Source: the human T2T-CHM13v2.0 reference genome, Homo sapiens
Length of the DNA stretch: 64,000 bases
Strand: one strand, 5' to 3'
Assembly (NCBI RefSeq): GCF_009914755.1
Contig: NC_060928.1
Made by a program: the position numbers and the translations under genes. Shown in pieces: positions 29,463-44,964 of this stretch. The notes under the pieces were generated by a model that worked only from the letters and a program-made list of their open reading frames with translations, made no database searches and was not told where the DNA came from. Position 1 is the stretch's first letter; each line of letters begins with the position of its first letter.

Positions 29463-31589
29463 ATTTTTGGTCTGAGGAAGCTGTTTGAGACATGGAGTAT
29501 GCTTTTTCCTAAAATATTCTTGTTGAGGTTTATATCTCTAGGTCAATCTTCAAAAAGGGCTTTTCAACTTATAATGTATATAACATATAGCGTTTATATT
29601 ATTATTTAAACCAAATTGAAACATCATTTAAAATGATATCAGATTGCACATATAAAGAATCTGGGCCTTGAGAAATTTCCTTAATGTTTTTCTTCAGCTT
29701 GTAACTTGACAAAAGGAAGATAATGATACTAAAGGTATATCAAACTGTTGTAATAAACAAATGGACGAATATCTTATTCTAACCACATTGAGAAACATAT
29801 ATTCTCCTAGTGGAGTGCAAATCATAACTATTACAAGCCAGACAGTGATTACTGGTGTACAAGATGTAAAGGCAATATAATTTATTATGTGTTAGGTAGA
29901 AGAAGACAAATATTTTGTTGAAGAACTCAAGGAAAGTTTGATGGAAGTAGGACATTTATGTTGGATGAGGAACTAAGGTGTAGGATTTAGGCATGTAGAC
30001 AAAGAAACATAAAATGTAAATATCTTTTTTTTTGCAACAGGAGTCTCCAGCTAGAAACCCTATACTAATTTTAACCAATATTTTCTTGCCCCTCACTTGA
30101 ATACCCTTCAGTTGCACATATATGCTCAGGAAATACAGGTACAAAGTCTCTGAAAAACTCTAGAGCAGAGGGACTAACCAATCTGAACAGATACTCTGAC
30201 CAATCAGAACTGACGTTGGCTGTAAAATACAAGCAGCAGCACATACCAGCCAAGTATCAACCCTGCATATTTGTATGTTGGCACTTTTTGTTTTATGCTA
30301 ACACTGTGGACTCTTTAATAAGCAGTGTTAAAACTCGTTCCAAGTTATGTTTGCAATTTTTATTGACAGCTATAAATAACAAAATTCACCTTATTTTCTT
30401 CATTGTTTAAAGTATGGCTTCACTCTATGAATCAGCAAAAACTTCAGAGTAGGGCTCAGAACTTCAAAAGGTAATGGTTTTGGCTTCAAAGTGCTCTCTT
30501 GTAACTTGGAAACTACCATTTTCAGGACCAAGTAAGCAAAGTACAACAGCTATAAGTACCATTTTTAGTTAAGAACCCAGTTGCTGGCACCTGTAATTTC
30601 CTACCAATTCACTGAATGAAGGGCAGGGCAATCCTATGGTGCTGCATCTTCTCAATTCCTAGTCTCAGCACAGCAAAGCTTTTCTGGCTCAGAATTTTAC
30701 AAAGTCTTATTTTAAAGGGGAAAATAAGTCCCCTCAGTCCATTTAAAAGTAATAACTGCAAATCTATAGTAAAGCAGACTGTTTCTCTTTGTTTAAAATT
30801 AAAACCATGTTTAGGGAGAGAAAAATACTGTTGAATTCATAGCTGACTTACAATTCTAAGATCTTCTAAAGCAGAGTCTATAGGTTAAGTCTACATAATA
30901 TATATTATTAATATTCTTTATAAGACACAGATTTGATAGTGATAGTCCCAAAGAATATCCATACCCTAGCTAAATGATATCCAGGAGGTATTACATGGCC
31001 CTATTCACTATTGACTGCTATTAAAAATAACTGTGTTGGGAGAAATCATACTATAGAGACCTCTTCGAATATCATGCAGGCTTTGGATCCAGCCACACCA
31101 TCAGCAGGTTGAATCCTTGGGCCACATGACTGATTTTACTTTATTTAATGTAACTTTTAGCTTACACTCAGAACCTGAAGAAAAATAGTCCAATGAAACC
31201 TTTTGTGTTAATGATTAAAAACAGTACTCATTTCCATAAATGAATTTTTTAACGCTTATGTTCCTATACAATTTTTGTTTCTTTTGAAAACTAGAAAAGT
31301 TCGGATAGTTCTGATGGCTAATTTCCTATTGCCTCATCTCATGCTGTATTTCTACTTTAAGGCACCTAGATAGGCCACTTCATATCATTTATGAGAATAA
31401 GGCCAGGTATAGCCAAAAATATACACCGTGTTCCAGAAGCCGATTTTTAAAAAAGGTAATGTTACAAGTTGAGAATGGGATCAGTGGGAAGGAGACTGGG
31501 GATCATGCAGGCAAACTGACACTATTTTCTATTAATTGTAAGTAATTCTCATGGCTTTTGAAAGCTATGCGTGAATGACTGATAAAATA

Positions 31590-32080
31590 TCTCTCCGGAA
31601 TTCTTAACCACTAAATTTCACTAGACTTCTCTACCTACACATCCCACAGGTAATTAAAGCAAAAAAATGTCCAGAAGTGCACTCAGCTTCCATCCACTCT
31701 CACTTCCTGCTGAAATCTGTACACTCACTTGTACCCCCTAATCTGTGACTGGTAACACAATTCAGTCAGAACTGATAATTAACTCCACATTGTCCCCTGG
31801 TTACCTCCTTACCATAACCAGGCTAACACTGATTCAGCTCTGAGTCACATCGACCAAGACAACACTTTCTACTGCCTGTACTTAGTTGCCATTTCATGCT
31901 TTTCTGGAGGACCCTGGAGCTTGCCTCTATAATGAAACATGTATGTATCTTTTTCACTTTTGTTTTCCTTTCACTTCATTGTAAGCTCTTTGAAGGCACA
32001 GACTGTGTATTGCAGAGTTCCTAGCATAGTTCCTGGCTCAGAGCAGGCTCAGAAACGTTTGCTTAATGATAAATGAGTGG
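31590..32080 (+). mobile_element. L2 LINE fragment (approximate)
   Basis: ATTGTAAGCTCTTTGAAGGCACAGACTGTG...CCTAGCATAGTTCCTGGCTCAGAGCAGGCTCAGAAACGTTTGCTTAATG is an L2 3' end. Confidence 0.6.
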
Positions 32081-33015
32081 CATGTAACTAAAACGCTTAC
32101 TATGATAAAAATGTATATATAACATATAAAGTGTAACAAGATAATATGTCATATAGACTATAATAAATACTTTATCAGATCAATTGATACAGAATTCAAT
32201 AGCTTATTCTACAATTCTATTATGTAAGTCTCCTGAATGTCTTCAATTTCACCATCTACAGATGTGTAAGACTGGGAAATAATTAAACAGGCTAAATTTA
32301 AAAAAATCAAAGCTTGTGGAAGCTGTTTTACTTGTGATTTAGACCCATATCAGAAGGTGAAGATTTGATTTATAAACAAAATAAAATATATTTTTTATAT
32401 ATTATCTGGGTGGGGGTAGAGTAAACTATGCTGTTACACAGTTTGTTGAATGTTCAGTTGTCAATTAAGTGGAATGAAAAAGAAATATAACCCACACAAA
32501 TTGATTTTCCATTTTAAAATGACATTTAGTAGGTTTAAGTATGTTTTGAGTGTATTACTTTATTGAAGTCTTTGGATGTATATTTAAAATATCAAGTCTG
32601 GAAAAACCCGGATTACAGAAATTAAAATGTCTTACACCATGGTGTCAAAACAATCTTGACTTCCTATGAGTGATAGAGAAAATAATTTGCTAGTAACTTC
32701 AGCTGATGTTCTAGCTAACATATAAACACCTATGAGTAAAGTGACCTGGCATTTGAATGAAAATAACAATTACATGGTTTGGAGTCAGAAAGAATCTTAG
32801 GGACTGTTCCTTACAGTAAAGAAATGGGGCTCTCATTCAAACACTAAATATAATAGGCTTTGGAGAAAAAAATCAGGTCTCCAAAGGGCAAATCTATGCT
32901 TTTTCTACCATACCATGTTGCCTTTTTACAGTTATTGTGGCTACTAGAAAGCTCATTACTTGTAAAATAACAACGTGCTCATTGGTCAGATAATGCTATT
33001 GTTAACTGTCTACTA

Positions 33016-33225
<210 letters not shown>

Positions 33226-36200
33226 CTACAAGAAACATCAATATGAAATCCATTATTGCGTTTATTGGGAAAAATTTGACATCACTTTCTACAGTACCCA
33301 GCTTCCCCTAATTAAAAAAAAAATAAAACATTTGTTTTTTCAAAAGGCAATTTCAGTGTAAGGAAAAGTTTTTCTCTGAGAAAACTTATATATCTAAAGA
33401 AAAATAACTCTTCCCTCCCCCAAGGTGTTACTTTGGTCACCAAGAAACTGAGAATTTGAAGCTTAACTGCTATTGCTATGGACTGCAGCTAATGTGCTGG
33501 CCCAAAGATGAATGTATTTGAGTCTATTTTCTTTCATCTTGATTTTCTAATTTTATTTCTATTTTATTTAATTATAATTTAAATGCATGCATTCTTTGAT
33601 GAACTGCCTGAAATATTTTGGAACAAGGCAGGATGTTATAAATGCAAATAAATAAATAAATACACTTGAAAATGTGATGTTTTCTATGAATTAAATAAAA
33701 TGACTCATAAAACAATAGCACATTCCATAACTGTTTGCATATTTTGTTCCTACGTCTACGTTTTGAGTAAATTATTATCTAGTGTTTTCTATAATTTCCT
33801 TAGCCAGTTTGGACTCACTGACTCAGATTTAGAATTGAAAGCAATCTCAAGGAATTAAAGTAAATACATTTTTTTATCAACTCAATAAGATATGTACTAA
33901 ATACTGTGCTAAGTAACAGTAGATACGATGATGAATAAGGCAAAATATTGCCCACTCAGATCTTGTAAACTTGTGTAAGAAACAGACTTACTTACAATAT
34001 AACTATAATGTAATGAGATGTTGTAAAAATAATTTGTACCAAATGGTGTCAAAACACAATTTGGGGAATGAGAGGAGTTAAATAAATTAATCTGAAAAGT
34101 TTTCATATTATGTAAAATCAGATAGATCTTAACAAATAATAGGAGTTTGTCAGTTAGCAGCAGAAGAAGAGGTATTATTGCAAGAGGGGTCAGCAGGTCT
34201 AATGTTATGGAGCTGTGAAGAGGCATGGATGTTTGGGAAAATGATTGTGGCTAGTAATGGTTAGAGAAAGAATATGATTATGAAACTTAGATCTATCCTC
34301 AATCCTGGATTTCACTACCTATTAGATGTGTGATTCTGACCAAGTAACTTTATTGACCAATTCTCATTTCTAAAATAGAAATACTCCCAGTCACATGGAA
34401 GCAAAAACATAATAAAAAATCTTCCTTATTATTCATTATAGAAACAAACATAAGAGAAAACTATATACTTGGACCATATTAGCTTAGCTCCTTGAATAAC
34501 TGCCTTTAATAATTGATTAAAGAACTGAAGAGTTAGTTAAATGATCTGATTTATGATTTAGAATAACTCTGACAGTAATGTAGAGATAGATAAGAAGAAG
34601 ACATGATTAAAAATAGAAAGGAGTAAAAAAAACTATAAAAAGTATGAGAGATGGTGAAAATATGGTCTAAGATATGTAAGGAGAATAATGGACAAGATTT
34701 AATGACTGACTAGATGTTGAGCGATACTTCCAAGTTGTTGGCTTATAAGATTAGGTTGTGGCATTAACTGAAGTATCAATTAGTGATGAATAACTAGGTA
34801 TGGGCAGTGGAAAGATATAAAATCTATTTTATTTTATCCTTTCTAAAACAGATATTGTTATATTCAGGTTGAGACTGAGGTTGAGATGTTATATTCAGGT
34901 AGAAATATTCCAGGAATAGGTTAGATATATTACCTCGTAAGTTAAAAGGTATGGTGTATAGTTATCAATAATGACCTTGAATAGTGAAATGAAGGCATGG
35001 GTTTTAAATTTTGATTGGGTAATACCTCTTTAACTCATACCATATTTACTGAGCACCTAATACATGTAAGAACCTGTACAAAATGCCAGAAAGAAGTGAT
35101 GTGTTAAACAAAAATGGTCATTGTCATGATCAGTGAAAGAGTTGAGACAGAAATATGCAATTACAAACTACGATAAAGGTTCTAATGCAAAAGAACAGAG
35201 TACTGCACACACTTATAATGGAGGCCTAATCATTTACAAGGGCAGGGGAGGGCTCAGAAATTTCCTGAGGAATTGATATTTGTGCTGAGGATGGCAAATG
35301 GGGGGACAGTATGCTTAGTGTTGCAGATATTCATGCAAGCATTGTCAGTAAAACCCTTAAAGTGAGAATCACGCAGTGAATACTCAAAACAAAAACAGCA
35401 TTAAAGAAAGCAGAATTGACTGTCTTTAGGGATAAACAAGAACAGATGCCAGGGAAGCTGGGTCCACTCTGAACTCTGGCAGAGAATCAAAAAACAGAAA
35501 ATGAATAGTGGCAGCTGCCAGGATGTGAGGGAAGAAAGCAGATACTCTGAAGTTTGATTTAAGAAAGAAAAGAAGAGAAAAAGTTGCTGTGCTGGGCCTG
35601 AAGAATGATTCTGGAGCATAACAGTAAAAAAATTTAATGGGGATTCCTTGAGAAAAATAGGAAAATTATTTTCAGATCTTAAAGTATGGAGGTTATTAGC
35701 GCTCTTCAGCTACAAGATAGTAAATGAAAAGGAAATTAGATTATAGTTGGTCGAGAATTAAGTTGAAAGTGATAAGATAACATTGCAAGCAATGCTTTTA
35801 AAAAGTTTGAATACAGAAAAGAGGGGAGAAGCTGAGGATGTGGGAAGAAAGTGGCATAGGATTAGAAAGTTTTCTTCCTGGTAAATTAAGCATATTAAGC
35901 ATCTTCATAAGCTGAAAGAAAGGAGGCAGTTGAAAATAGTAAGATGGCTTTGAAGACATAAAATAAGAAAACAATAACTAATGGAACAGGTTTGAGAAAG
36001 CAAGAAGGAAAGAGATCCAATCAAGAGCTAGGATGAAAGAATTTGTATTGAGCAAAAGGAGAAAAGGAAAAACACCGGATATGAAAAAGGGTTCCATAAG
36101 AGCCTGGGGTTGCATAAATAGACACCTTTGTATTAGGAAAGGCATAACAATTCAGAGTTTGATAATCTGATCCAGCACTGTATTTTTCTAATGATAAGAC

Positions 36201-38339
36201 TTTCTTGTCTAATTTCACAACTGAGGCTAAAAGTAGTGTAAAATCCTGCCCAAGCTCACAGAGCAAGGTAGCTCTGCCTTTTAATATAGGGCTCAAATGT
36301 AGCTTGAGTATAACTGAGAGTGTTTATTTATTTATTTGCAAAAACTAAATTTAAGTAACGGTGCACATTCTACATGTAATATGTCGAGTGTGCACATGTA
36401 AACAGGTTAAAGACATATGTCTTTTTCTTAAAACATACAATATCAATATGGAGCTGAATCATTATTCTTATGGGGCAAATTGATAATTGGTATTTTATGA
36501 ATTTTCAAAGAACTTTTCATTTGCTCGTTGGATTGACAGATAACCGCATTTGCTCATGTTTACTAATGTCAAAACAAAAGGACTTCCATAAGCCTGGTTA
36601 GTCAGAAAGGACACTAAAAACAGCCTGTGGACAGAAACTCTGTACTTAAAGAAAATTATAATTTTCTGCTTAAAAATTAAGTCTAAGGAATATTAAGATA
36701 AAAGTATATTACACTGAAATATCTTTTAGGCAGATAGGCTACTTTAGGGCACTCTTCTAGATATCCTTTTAGTTTTAAGGACATTTTAATTCTTAGTCTG
36801 AAGGTAGGTTTATGAAACATCTCTCAAAACTCATCTGAATCATGAAATTGGATAGAATACCCACTGATAAATTCATTATAAGTTTTTTTTTTACAAAACT
36901 TTCCATGAAGGCAAAGAAGTCCTCCCACTGGTATTATATTGTCGGATTTAAGATCACAAACTCATTCATTCTTTTATACAATAAATATTTATGAAATGCC
37001 TGCTAAGGACCAGGCACTGTGCTGGACACTCTAGCTGTGGAAAAGGAAATGAGAACAAGCAATGTCTGATATATTGTTTTCCTGAAGTAAACCACAAGAA
37101 CTAAAATAACATAAACAACGTTAATTCTTTTCCTGAAAATTAGGTTGGAACCTCAGTGATTTTGACATAGATTTATCCTGGCTATGTGTAATTTGGCATA
37201 TGGATAGACTTAAATCCACTATACATGAGGAGTAAGCTATTGCTTTTATAGAGCATTATCAATTATTTGTTTTTCACATTTAGAGGTACTTCTGTTTTCC
37301 AAAGTAAAGAGTTGAGGAGGCATATCATTTCAGAATGTCAATTTGGCACTCTCTAATATTAAAATAATATATCAATAAATTTATATACGGGAATTCATGG
37401 CACAAAATGTTTATCTTTTGTGACATATTTACAAAGGTCTAATATTTTATCTCCAAAAAATTAGTATAAAGGTGCATGTGTAACCAATATACCTTAAAAA
37501 ATAATTGCATAGATACCATGAAAAAGCAGTACACCATATGGGCAATGAAAACATAAATCAATATTAAATTGTAATGGAAATGCTGAAACAGCCCAGAAGT
37601 TAAGCATACAAAATGGACCAGATTCCTTTTAATATTTATTTGTTGGCTCCGTTAGTAGGGAAAACACAACTTATAAAATGAAATAAATAATCAGTCTTAT
37701 TAAAATTTCTATGGCTTACAAAATTAAGGAAAAAGACCAAGACTTTTAAACTATAACATTTACTGCTTGTATATTTAAACTGTAACATGGTCATAGAAAT
37801 GAAAAAATATATTCAAATAACTGAAAAAGAAATCAAATCTGCAAGTATGTTAATCCAAATTTAATAAAAGAAGCATTTAGGTTGATACAATGTTAAAGAT
37901 ATCCTCTGAATACAACTTTTTACCATTATTAAGAATATAGATGATTATGATACATTCAAAGCCTCCTCTTAGGCAGATACATAATCTACAGAGTATGAAA
38001 GGAAACAGCTGTTATATCAATGCACAAATCTCCCATTAGATTCAGTACTTGAAACCTAAATATGGACAGCAATAATCTCAAAAGAAGTTAATCTTAAAAA
38101 CAAATAACTTTTCCCTTTTAGACCATATGAACAATTTAAAATTCCTAAGCATTCCAGCACCGACATATTTATTCCATACAACATGGGAAAGATTTTAAAA
38201 AAATGCTATCCGGGCTTTTACAATCAATCAGCAGAGACTGGAACAGGTGAAGAGGATTCAATTCATTGATAGAGCCTGGAATTCTATAATAAGTAAAATT
38301 AATGCCCATTTTCTTTTTCTAATCTCTTTATAATAATGC

Positions 38340-38575
38340 AGTGTGGTGTTAAAACCATGAACTTAACAGTCAGACAGGTAGATCGGAGTTCAAGTATACT
38401 TACTAACAAGTTGTGTAAGCTTGGGCAAGAAAATAACTTTACTGCTTCAGATTCTTCATGAGTAAAAATAAGAATAAGAAGGCAGTCTAGTCATAAGGAT
38501 GCTATAAAGATTATGTGAGAGAGCATATGTAAAACACTTAGCACAGTGCCTGACACATACAGCTCAACAGATGCT
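38340..38575 (+). mobile_element. MIR SINE
   Basis: GCAGTGTGGTGTTAAAACCATG...AGTCAGACAG...TGTGTAAGCTTGGGCAAG...GTAAAACACTTAGCACAGTGCCTGACACATA. Confidence 0.8.
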
Positions 38576-38734
38576 ACGGAGTGGTTTTAATGGAAGTATT
38601 AGTACTACAAGAACTCCTAAAGGATTTCAGGCAAGAACACTTTAAAAGAAATTGATATGATTCAAATTCATATATATATGGATGTCTTTAATGTCAGTTT
38701 TTAGAAACATATCTGTTACAAGCGGAATTCATTA

Positions 38735-39019
<285 letters not shown>

Positions 39020-39468
39020 CTAGCAGGACAGCATGGGAAGTAGCTTTTCTTTCTCCCTCCAGCCCCCAAAGCTTTTACTACTCTTATCCACTAAATAATA
39101 ATAAATAAATGAATAAATACTGGAATTTATATTAAAGTGTAAAGTTAATTATCTTAAATGGTTATGATATTTCGTGATGTAATGACTCTCAAAATACTTT
39201 CGGTTTCCATTTTTTGTTCTGTATAAAAATCAACTTCCTTCTTCTTAAGTACTGTTGAAGTTAAAAAGACTAGGGATACCGAAGTAGAATTACCTACAAG
39301 GAAAAGCAGGCACTTTAAATGGTCCCATTGACAATTAATATATATTTTTGAAATCTTATAAAATCCTCACATTAATTTGTTCATCATTTATTTGAATCAT
39401 GTTAAGCAATGGACCAATAACCCACAGAAGTAATCATGAAGGAACCGTGATTTAAACATACTTCAAGA

Positions 39469-39746
39469 GGCTGGGCATGGTGGCTCACGCCTGTAATCCC
39501 AGCACTTTCGGAAGCCGAAGTGGGTGGATCACAAGGTCAGGAGTTCAAGACCAGCCTGGCCAAGATGGTGAAACCCCATCTCTATTAAAAATACAAAAAT
39601 TAGCCCAGCGTGGTGGCAGGTGCCTGTAATCCCATCTACTTGGGAGGCTGAGGCAGGGAGTTGCTTAAACCCAGGAGACAGAGGTTGCAGTGAACCGAGA
39701 TCACGATGCTACACTCCAGCCTGGGCGACAGAGCAAAAGTCCGTTG
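39469..39746 (+). mobile_element. AluS (Sg-like) element, antisense to GABRA2
   Basis: GGCTGGGCATGGTGGCTCACGCCTGTAATCCCAGC...GGATCACAAGGTCAGGAGTTCAAGACCAGCCTGGCCAAGATGG. Confidence 0.95.
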
Positions 39747-39786
39747 AAAGAAAGAACGAAAGAAAGAAAGAGAGAGAGAAAGAAAG

Positions 39787-39826
<40 letters not shown>

Positions 39827-39863
39827 GAGGGAGGGAGGGAGGGAGAGAGAGAAAGAAAGAAAG
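39746..39863. repeat. Compound (GAAA)n/(GA)n/(GGGA)n microsatellite from Alu tail
   Basis: About 118 nt of almost pure purine repeat. Confidence 0.95.
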
Positions 39864-40760
39864 ATATGTTGCTTTCCTCTGAGACTTTTGTACAAAAGAA
39901 TAGAATATAAGACAAATACACACGTACATATATACATATACATATACATGTATGTACATATATGTGTATATACATACAATATAGGAAATGAAAATAACAA
40001 ATCAGCAGCAACTGTAAAGGTAATACAAAAAAAGTTGCTTTTTAAAAGCAGTATTATCATCAAAATGTTAGTAAAACTTTAAAAAATTGATACTCTCCTG
40101 GTATTGAGGAAGATATGGGGCATTACAAATTTGTGTCATACCTAAGAAACTGTTGTCTAATCCAAGGTCATGAAGAATTAGCCCTATTTTTCTTATCAGT
40201 TTTAGAGTTTTATGTCTTACCAGTGAGTCTTTGGTCCATTTTGAGTTCATTTTTGTGTGTGGTGTAAGGTAGATGTTCACATTCATTCTTTTGCACCTAG
40301 ATCGCCCATTGTCCCAGCACCATGTGTGAAAAAAGACTTTTGTTTCCCCATTAAATTATCTTGGACACTTCGTTGAGAATCAATTGACCATAGATATATG
40401 GGATATCTCTGTACTCCAAATTTTATACCCTTGATATACATATCTATCCTTAGTCAAGTTTTACACTGTTTTGATGACTATAGCTTTAAATTAACTTTTG
40501 AAATCAAGAAGCTTGAGTCCCTTCTTATTCTTATTCATCAGTCTTAGTTTTCTTCAAGATTGTTTTGGCTAATCAGGATCCCTTACATTTCTGTATGTTG
40601 TTATGGTTTTGTTATGGTCATTTTGTTCATCTTTGCAAAAAAGGTAATTGGAATTTTAATAGGCATTTCATTGAATCTGCACATGATATTTGGTAGTAAT
40701 GCCATTTTAATGATACTAAGTCTTTCAATCTTTGAACACAGGATATATTTCCATTAGATC

Positions 40761-40763
<3 letters not shown>

Positions 40764-40803
<40 letters not shown>
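40764..40803. repeat. (CT)n microsatellite
   Basis: About 20 CT units. Confidence 0.95.
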
Positions 40804-40804
<1 letters not shown>

Positions 40805-41835
40805 TTCTCTATAATAAACATTTCCATTTATTTAGGGCTTCTTTAATTTCATACAGCAACATTCTATAGTTTTCAGTGTATAAGTCTTTCATCTCCTTCA
40901 TTAAATGTATTTATAGATATTGTATGTGTTTGGATGCTAATGTAAATGGAATGGTTTTCTTAACATTCTGTTGAGACTGTTCATTGCTTATGTACAAAAA
41001 CACAACTGATTTTTTTCTACGTTGATTTTGTACCCTGAAACTTTGTTGAATTTGTTTAATAGCTGTAACAATTATGATGTGGTTCGTTAAGGGTCTTCTA
41101 TAAATAAGATCATGCAAATAGGGAGAGTTTTACTTCTTCCTTTCCAATCTGTATATTTTTATTTGTTTTTCTTACCTAATTGCCCTAGCTAGAACCTGTA
41201 GTATAACGTTGAATAGAATTGGTGAGAGCAGACATCTGTGTCTTATTTCTGATGTTAGGGAGAAACTTTAATCCTTCACCTATAGGTATGATTGTTTGCA
41301 TTTTTTTTCACTTTCCATAAATATGTTGTATTATATTGATTTGATTTTTGTATGCTGACCCAACCTTGCATTTCTGGGATAAATCCCACTTTGTCATGCT
41401 ATGTAATCCTTTTAAAATGTGGCTGATTTTAGTTTGCTAGTATTTTATTGAGGGCATCTGCATCTATATCTATAAGGAATATGGATCTGTAGGTTTTTTA
41501 TTGTGATTCCTTTCTCTAGTTTGGTATTGGTATCTTGGTAATACGGCCTTATAAAGTGAGTCAGGAAATGTTTCCTTCTCATCTATTTTCTGGAAGATTT
41601 TGAGAAAGATTGTTGTTAATTCTTTGTATGTTTGGTGGAACTCACCAGAGAAGCCATTTGACCTTGATATTTTCTTAATTGGAAGATTTTGTTTACTAAA
41701 CTCACAGTTTTATTTGTTAAAGGTTTACTCAGAATCTTGAGTCTATTTTGGTCATGTGTAGTAGTTTCTAGGAATTGTTATAGTTAATCTAGATCATCTA
41801 AATTTTTGGCATACAATTGTTCCCAGAATTACTTT

Positions 41836-41861
41836 ATACATATATATATATATATGTATAA

Positions 41862-41907
<46 letters not shown>
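41836..41907. repeat. (TA)n + (GA)n compound microsatellite
   Basis: A TA run followed by about 20 GA units. Confidence 0.9.
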
Positions 41908-42192
<285 letters not shown>

Positions 42193-42206
42193 ACTTTATA
42201 TATGTA

Positions 42207-42207
<1 letters not shown>

Positions 42208-42239
<32 letters not shown>

Positions 42240-42360
42240 ACAATATATATATAATATATTGTGTATATATATAATATATTGTGTATATATATATAATATA
42301 TTGTGTATATATATAATATATATATAATATATTGTGTATATATTATATATATATATATAT
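42208..42360. repeat. (TG)n followed by AT-rich ~20-22 bp minisatellite (ATATATATAATATATTGTGT)x~4
   Basis: Direct inspection of the repeat units. Confidence 0.9.
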
Positions 42361-43084
42361 GTTTTCTCTATGGTCAGAAGTGATGTCCCATCTTCTTTCC
42401 TGATTTTAGTAATTTGATTTTTTTCTCTTTTTTTCTTGGTCATTGTGGCTAAAAGTAAGTCAATGTTATTGATCTGTTCAAGAACCAACTTATGGCTGTG
42501 TGGTAATTTTTTCTATTTGTTATTTCTGTTCTCTCTACAATTTATCTCTACTCTAACACTTATTTTTCTTCCTCTTGCTTTGGGTTTAGTTTGTGCTATT
42601 CTACTTTTCAAGGAAGATGGTTAAGTTATTGATTTGAGAATTTTTTTTCTCTTTTTAACATAAGTGGTTAGAGATACAAATTTCTCTTTAAGAACAAGCT
42701 TTTGTATTTTCCATAACATACGTTATTTTTTGTTTCCATTCATCTTATTTTCTAAAACCTCTTGTGATCTCTTCTTTGATTTCATGGTTATTTAGAAATG
42801 TCTTGTTTAATGTTTACATATGCAAATTTTCCAAATTGTCTTTTTTATTGATTTCTAATTCTACTCTATTGTGGTGTAAGAACATACTTTGTAATAATTC
42901 AATCTTCGAATTTATTGAGACTTGTTTAATGGCCTAATGCATTATCTTCCTAGAGAATGCTCCATGCCCAGTTGAGAAATATGTGCATTCTGCTTTTTAT
43001 GACCAGAGTATGTTAGGTCTAGTTGGCGTATTCTCTATTCAAGTCTTCTACATTTTGCTGATCTTCTGTCTAGTTATATTCATT

Positions 43085-43260
43085 TTTAATGTTTTAAAAT
43101 TAATATTTCAATATTTTAATATTTTATATTAATAAGATAGTAAACAAATTATTATATTTAATTTTTAATATTTAAAATAAATATAAAATAAATTTATAAA
43201 TTTAAATATAAATATAAAATAAATTTTATATTTACTTTTTAATATTTTATTTTAGTTTTG
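43085..43260. repeat. AT-rich low-complexity tract
   Basis: Almost exclusively A/T over about 175 bp. Confidence 0.85.
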
Positions 43261-43552
43261 ATGAGTAATTCTTGGTTGAGTATTTTTCTTTTCAAATATC
43301 TTCCCATGGCCTCTGGTCTCCATGGTTTTTGATGATTTTTTAGGTGCTAATCATGTTGAGGATCCCTTTTATATGAGGTGTTACTTTGCTTGTAACATTT
43401 GGTTGTTTCGAGATTCTCTATTGGCCTTTGGCATTCCACAGTTTTATTATGATATATCCAGTTGTGATTTCTTAGCGTTTACTTTATTTCTAGTTCATTG
43501 AGCTTCTTGGATGTGCTGATAGATGGTTTTCATCAAGTTTGAAAGGTTTTAG

Positions 43553-43880
<328 letters not shown>

Positions 43881-44651
43881 CAAATATTCTTTTTTCACCT
43901 TTCTCTTTCTACTCTTGTTCTGTGACTACAGTATATTCATGTGTTGATATGCTTGATGATGTACAACAGGTCTCACAGACTTTGATTAATTTTCCTCATT
44001 GTTTTTTCTTTCTGTTCCTCATATTCAACAATCTTAATTGGCTTATCATTGAGGTAACTGATTTTTCTTTTTGGACTGTTTGAATCTGCTGGTAAGCCCC
44101 TCTAGTGAATTTTTTATTTCAGTTATGATAATTTGAACTACAGAATTTCTAATTGTTTCAATTTTTAAATAATTTATATCATTTTATTGGTAAAGTGTTT
44201 GAAACATCATTATTATATTTTCCTTTAGTTCTTTCGACAGGGTCTCCTTTAGCTCTTTTATCATAGTTAGCACAGTTAAAGTCTTTGTGTGGTCAGTAAA
44301 ACGTCTGGGCTTCCTCAGGTAGAATTTCTAATGATTTTTTTTTCCTGAAAATGGGTTATAGCTTCTCTTTATTTTGGATGTCTCATATTCTTTTTTGAAA
44401 ATTGGACATTAGGAATACTGTAATGTGGCAAATCTGGAAATCAGATTCTGACCATTCTCTGGGGTTTGTTGTTATTGTTGAAGTACTTATTGTTTGTTTA
44501 TTAGCTTTTCTTAACTAATTCTATGAAGTCTGTATTATTTTTAGTTAGGGGTTACTGAAGACTCTGTTTTAATAGCTTAGGGGGTCATCTAATGAATGGA
44601 CAGAATATGTAATCATTAGCTATTTTTATTCTTCCTACTTTTGTTTTTATA

Positions 44652-44885
44652 ACAGAATGACGATCCCTCAGCTAAAAGTCTCAGATTTAATATTCTCCAA
44701 AATCTGAAATGTTTCAAGTGCCAAGATGTCATTGTAGATTTCAGATTTTTCAGATTATGGATGCTGTTTCAGATTTTTCAGATTATGGATGCTGAACCAG
44801 TATGTATTCTACAAACGTTCCAAAATCCAAAAATATTCAAAAGACTTCTTGTCCCAAGCATTTTGGATAAGGGATAGTCGACCTG
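44652..44885 (-). mobile_element. Tigger4a/MER46-type DNA transposon (MITE)
   Basis: Ends TCCCAAGCATTTTGGATAAGGGATAGTCGACCTG(TA) and has internal TTTCAGATTTT repeats typical of MER46/Tigger4. Confidence 0.8.
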
Positions 44886-44964
44886 TACTACCATTCTAAA
44901 AAATGTATCTTGCTGATATGACAGAAAACAACAACAACAACAATAACAAAATCCTAGAATAAAA

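Noticed and set aside
39620-40082. Several overlapping 96-130 aa ORFs on both strands
   Set aside because: They are translations of Alu, (GAAA)n and (TA/CA)n repeats; low-complexity artefacts.
42238-42360. Regularly spaced repeats as CRISPR-like array
   Set aside because: An AT-rich minisatellite with no unique spacers, in eukaryotic context.
44738-44794. Tandem TTTCAGATTTTTCAGATTATGGATGCTG x2
   Set aside because: A local duplication inside a Tigger4/MER46 MITE that is already internally repetitive.
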